NCBI GenBank assembly: GCA_000388065.2
Contig: KB932201.1
DNA: 64,000 bases
Strand: one strand, 5' to 3'
Source of the DNA: Fonticula alba ATCC 38817
Taxonomy: Eukaryota; Protista; Nucleariida
The notes below the pieces were generated by a model, which ran no database searches, was not told the DNA's origin, and saw only the letters and a list, made by a program, of their open reading frames with translations. Position 1 is the stretch's first letter, and each line of letters begins with the position of its first letter. This document shows, in pieces, positions 60,058-64,000 of the stretch. A program made the position numbers and the translations under genes.

Positions 60058-63000
60058 TGGGCGGGCTCCTTGGGGAAAAGGCCCACCAGGAGAGCCTCCG
60101 TGGCAGGCGTCGTGTCTCGGACATGCAGAGAGCGAGCACGCCACCGAGAAAGGGGGAAAGCCCGGCGGAGGGGGGGATCTTCCCAAGATCTGGCCGTTCT
60201 CTACTCCACAACATGAGGAGCGGGGGGACGGTCCGGACAAACTGCCCCAAATGCTTCGGGAACCCCACAATCCAATGTCCCTTCAATTAACTATTGAGCT
60301 TGGGCCGGGGTGTCTTGTGATACTTTCCGCCGGGCATTTCACATGACGCGCTTTGTCTTGGCAAGCGTGCAGTCCGGTGGGGGCCCGCCTCCGGTCTACG
60401 AACATCAGGCGAGTGTGGCGGACGGGGGCGAAGTTGCAACGTCCCAAATATGAGTATTCAAGGGGCGCGGGGCCTTGCCGTCGCCGCCGGGACGGCCGGG
60501 CGGGGGGGGGGGCATTTAAGCGTAAGTGAGCATATGTGTATGTATGTGTCTGTCTGTCTGTGTGTGCAAGGGCGCGAGAAGAGAAAAGGAGGGGGGGGGC
60601 AGGGGGGAAGGAAAGGCACCAGATATGAGGAAACTATGGCGGGTGAGCAGCGGGCTGGCTCCGGCTGGCTCGGCGCACATCGAGGGTAGGCGGGTCGGAA
60701 GCACTCGCAAGGACAATATGTCATGCCAGCTTACACGGCGCGGAGGGGGTCTCGGTAGTGGGGGCAAGAGGAATGCCACTGGAGGCGGTGGACATGGGGC
60801 GGAACGCCACTGAGATCTGCCAGCAAGCGGGGACAGCCTTCCGGTGTCAAAGTACATCGGCCGAATGAAGCCCGGGAGGTGGAGCTGGATGGGAGAGGAT
60901 CCCGGCGACGGGGGCCGGGCCTCTCGCGGGCTGACACCTCACTTCTCGCATGTTCCAGGGGGGTGAGAGGTGCCAGCCATCGGCGGGCGCGGCAGTGATT
61001 CCACATGCACGGGCGGGCGAGCGGGCGGGCGAGCGGGCGGGCGGGCGAGGGGGTGGGGGGGAGCCGAAGAGGAGAAGCGCCTGGAGTATGGGCGCTGGTG
61101 CACGGCATCCGGAAGACCCGTGTATTCTTCCGGGTGATGTTCGGGGGTGAGACATGCGCACGGTGCACGAAGAACGGGGGGCGGTGGGGACGGGAGGGGG
61201 GGGGGGGGTATTGACACCCTGGCGGAGAGACGGTGTCAGGGAAAAAGGACTGCGGGGTACGTAGGGGCCGAGCAGGAACCATGTCGGGCCAGAGGAAAGC
61301 CGACAAGGGGTGGGGCCTCGTGCCAGGACGACGATCCCAGGAATGCGGCCGGAGGAGGGTTGGCCGGCCGGGCGGCGGCTGGCCGTCCCGCCGGGGGGGG
61401 GGGGGGGGGGGGGGCACCCTCCCCTCCGGGCCGGGGCCGAGGAGGGCGGGGGTGGCGCCGCGGTGACAGCCAGGAACGGCGAGGCCCTTGCCGCGGTGTA
61501 ACCCCAGGCAGCGGAATAATCCAGGATGACCGCCACGGCCGCGGAGGGGTCTACCCCCCTCACCCCGCCCCGCCCCCCCCCCCCGCTCGCCCTGTCCCTC
61601 GGTCGCGGGCCCCCCGGCATCTGGCCGTGGGGGGAGGGGGGGCACCATCGGCAAGTGTGCCGCGTCACTTTCGCCCTGCTCGGGGGGCAGCCGGTGCTCG
61701 CACGTCCGAAAGGGAGAAGGCGGCGCCCCTTGGAGAGCCGGACACACGCCCCGGGCCGGCGCCTCATCTCGGCGACCGAGGGCAAGCCAGGCAGACGGCC
61801 CCTACGTTTCGAGTTCTGGCGAACTGGAATGTTCACCCGTCGAGGGGAACGCACGGGGCTCCGGGCGCCGAAGAGGCGGGCAGTGTGGGGCCGATGCCTC
61901 GGCGGGCTCTCGGCGGAGGATGCCCGCACGGATGTCCATTTTTTTTTTTTGCCGGCCGCCCCCTTCGCCCCCCTCGGCCCTCCGGAGAGAGGGGAGGGCG
62001 CAGGGCTGCTCCGGCGTGCCCTCAGCACGGCCCCCACACCGGGGCGGGGGGAGGTAGAGCCACACAGGGGGGGGGCTCCCGAAAAACAGAGGACGGGACT
62101 GTCCACACACACACACACACACGCACACACCCGGCTTCGGACACGATCCAGTTCCGTGCCTCTCTTGTTTGCCGGCTCACGCGCCGGTGTCCTGGAGGCG
62201 GGGGGCGGGGCAAACGCGCCATTTTTCTGTCCGCCCCGCGCGCACCGCACAACGAGCGGAGGCGTCCCTCGGCCCCCGCCCCCCCCCCCCCCGGTGCCAC
62301 CGTGCCCAGGGGCTCCGGTTGAAATTCCTCCGCGCCCTCCCCCGGGCGGGAGAGCAGGATGAGAGGCAGCCGGAATAGGGGAGGCTGGGGGGTGGTGGGG
62401 CCCCATAGTGTGCCAGCGCGAGCAGGGGCGGGAGGAATTTCCCCGCCGGGGCAAGGCCCCCCATGCAAGAGGAGGCATACCCGGCCCCGCGGGCCGAGCA
62501 GCCCCGCCCCCCCCCCGGCCCCGCCCCGCCCGGGCAGACGATATGGCGGCCAATCAGCGTGCTGGATTTGAAATGGGGATTCCAACTTATTACCACCCCC
62601 CGCGCCAGGCCGGGGGGGGGGGGGGGGGCGCTGGCCTGGCGGGTGCAATGGAACGGGCAACGGTCGCGCTGCCCCGCCGGAGGATGGTCAGCCCGCCGGG
62701 CTCGGGGAAGGGGGCGCAAGGTGCCGGAGCCCTCCTGCATCGTTTGTCCTCGGGCCGGAAAGTCAGGATCCCCGCAGGGGTGTCCTCTTCGCCCTAACCC
62801 CCGACACAAACATCCGCATGTCCACCATGCCAGCCTGTCTCTCGGAGAAGATGCCGACCGCCGGGAGGCCCGTAAATGGAGCAATAAATAGTGCCCAATG
62901 ATGTGTTCCCGGGATAGTGGCTTCTCCCAGGTCAGGATCCCCGGCGCACCATCTTTCCCCCCCCCCGGCCGACGGGCATCTTTAGAACGGGCGGCCCGTG

Positions 63001-64000
63001 TCGCGTCAAAAATGGCCCCGGCCCGCTGGCCCCCCCTCCCGCGCCTGGGCTGGGGGGGGGGGGGGGGCGCCGAAGGACGCCGGGCCCGGTATTTGGGCCC
63101 CCCGCTCCCCGCGCCCCCCCCCCCCCCCCCCCCCCGCCCGGGCCACCGCCCACCCCCCCCGGCCCCGCGCCCCCTTACCGCCGGGTCTCGGGTGTCCTTT
63201 TCTTCTCCACTCTAACCCCTCCCAGAGCGTCGACTGGACTCTAAATTCCTGGCCTAGCTGACTCCGCGCCCCGGGCGCCCCCGGCCCCCCCCCCCCCCCC
63301 CCGGCGTCCGGTCAGGCCCAGGGTGCGGCGGCCTCCTTCCTCGGCCCCGGTTCCCGCATCCTGTCTCGCCCCTGTCTGCCCAAGACGGGGACGGACGCGA
63401 GCCGGGCCCGTCCGGTCCTCCGCCCCCCCCCCCCACTTGCGAGGCAGCTGTGCCGGTCTCCCTGCCAGGAACAAACCCATATTCGCGCGATACAGCCAGC
63501 CGCCGCGGTCGGGACTCGAGGGGGAAGGGGGGGGGGAGCGGACCGGGGCGAGGCGGCAAGCGAAGGGGGATTGGTCCGCCAGGACTTCCCTCCTTCCCCC
63601 GGAGGAGGGAGAACTCCCGAGGGCGGGGCAGGGGGGTGGGGGGGGCGGGTGCCGGGAATGCAGAGTCCTGCCTTTAACCCACGCCTGCTCCGGGGGCATC
63701 GTACCACCCGCTTGGCCGCTTCTTCGACCCCCCCTCCCGGGGAGAATGTGGCTGCTGACCTTTTCCCTTGCCCCTTCTGCTTGGAGATCCCCCCTCCCCG
63801 CCTGGTGGAGCTGGCAATGCTCGACAGCCCGGGGGGGGGAGAGAAGGTGACGGACCAACGCACAGGGCGAACTTCACCCCGGGGCCCAGGCGCGGGATGG
63901 ACAGGTACCGGGGGCCAGGGAGCTGGCCGCGCGCCGGGGCAGATCGGGCGATAGTTTCGGATGGGAGGGGGGGAAACGAAATCAGCAGGAACCGAACACC

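Noticed and set aside
60847-62553. 568-aa ORF and other long Pro/Gly/Arg-rich ORFs in 60100-64000 and 2900-5500
   Set aside because: Translations are dominated by homopolymer runs, have no motifs or consistent splice structure, and are expected in stop-poor GC-rich DNA.

Overview
This is a eukaryotic nuclear window: GC-rich and intron-dense, with GT-AG introns (donors mostly GTGCGT/GTACGT/GTATGT/GTGTGT), C/T- and CA-rich introns, and 8 N-gaps. It is probably from an opisthokont protist. The style resembles Fonticula alba, but that is inference and was not verified. Most of the supplied six-frame ORFs are artefacts of low-complexity DNA, so I rebuilt genes by manual splicing. I found 17 protein-coding genes: RPL13A/uL13, a membrane-anchored alpha/beta hydrolase, NDUFS6, SCAMP, TRM8/METTL1, acyl-protein thioesterase, an M1 aminopeptidase, SF3B2, LIS1/NudF, NudC, a Ctr copper transporter, mitochondrial bL19, VPS24, NBP35, SQT1/AAMP, DED1/DDX3 and a large orphan EGF-repeat membrane protein. 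There is also one tRNA-Ile(AAT). No prokaryotic systems, CRISPR arrays or recognisable transposons were seen. The best leads are four. (1) An intronless Ctr copper transporter fused to two TRASH/YHS-like metal-binding domains. (2) LIS1/NudF and its co-chaperone NudC arranged head-to-head. (3) A highly nested, possibly RNase P/MRP-like structured element between those two genes. (4) An orphan ~1360-aa receptor-like protein whose three EGF repeats each sit on a symmetric phase-1 exon. Exon coordinates were derived by hand and need RNA-seq confirmation.
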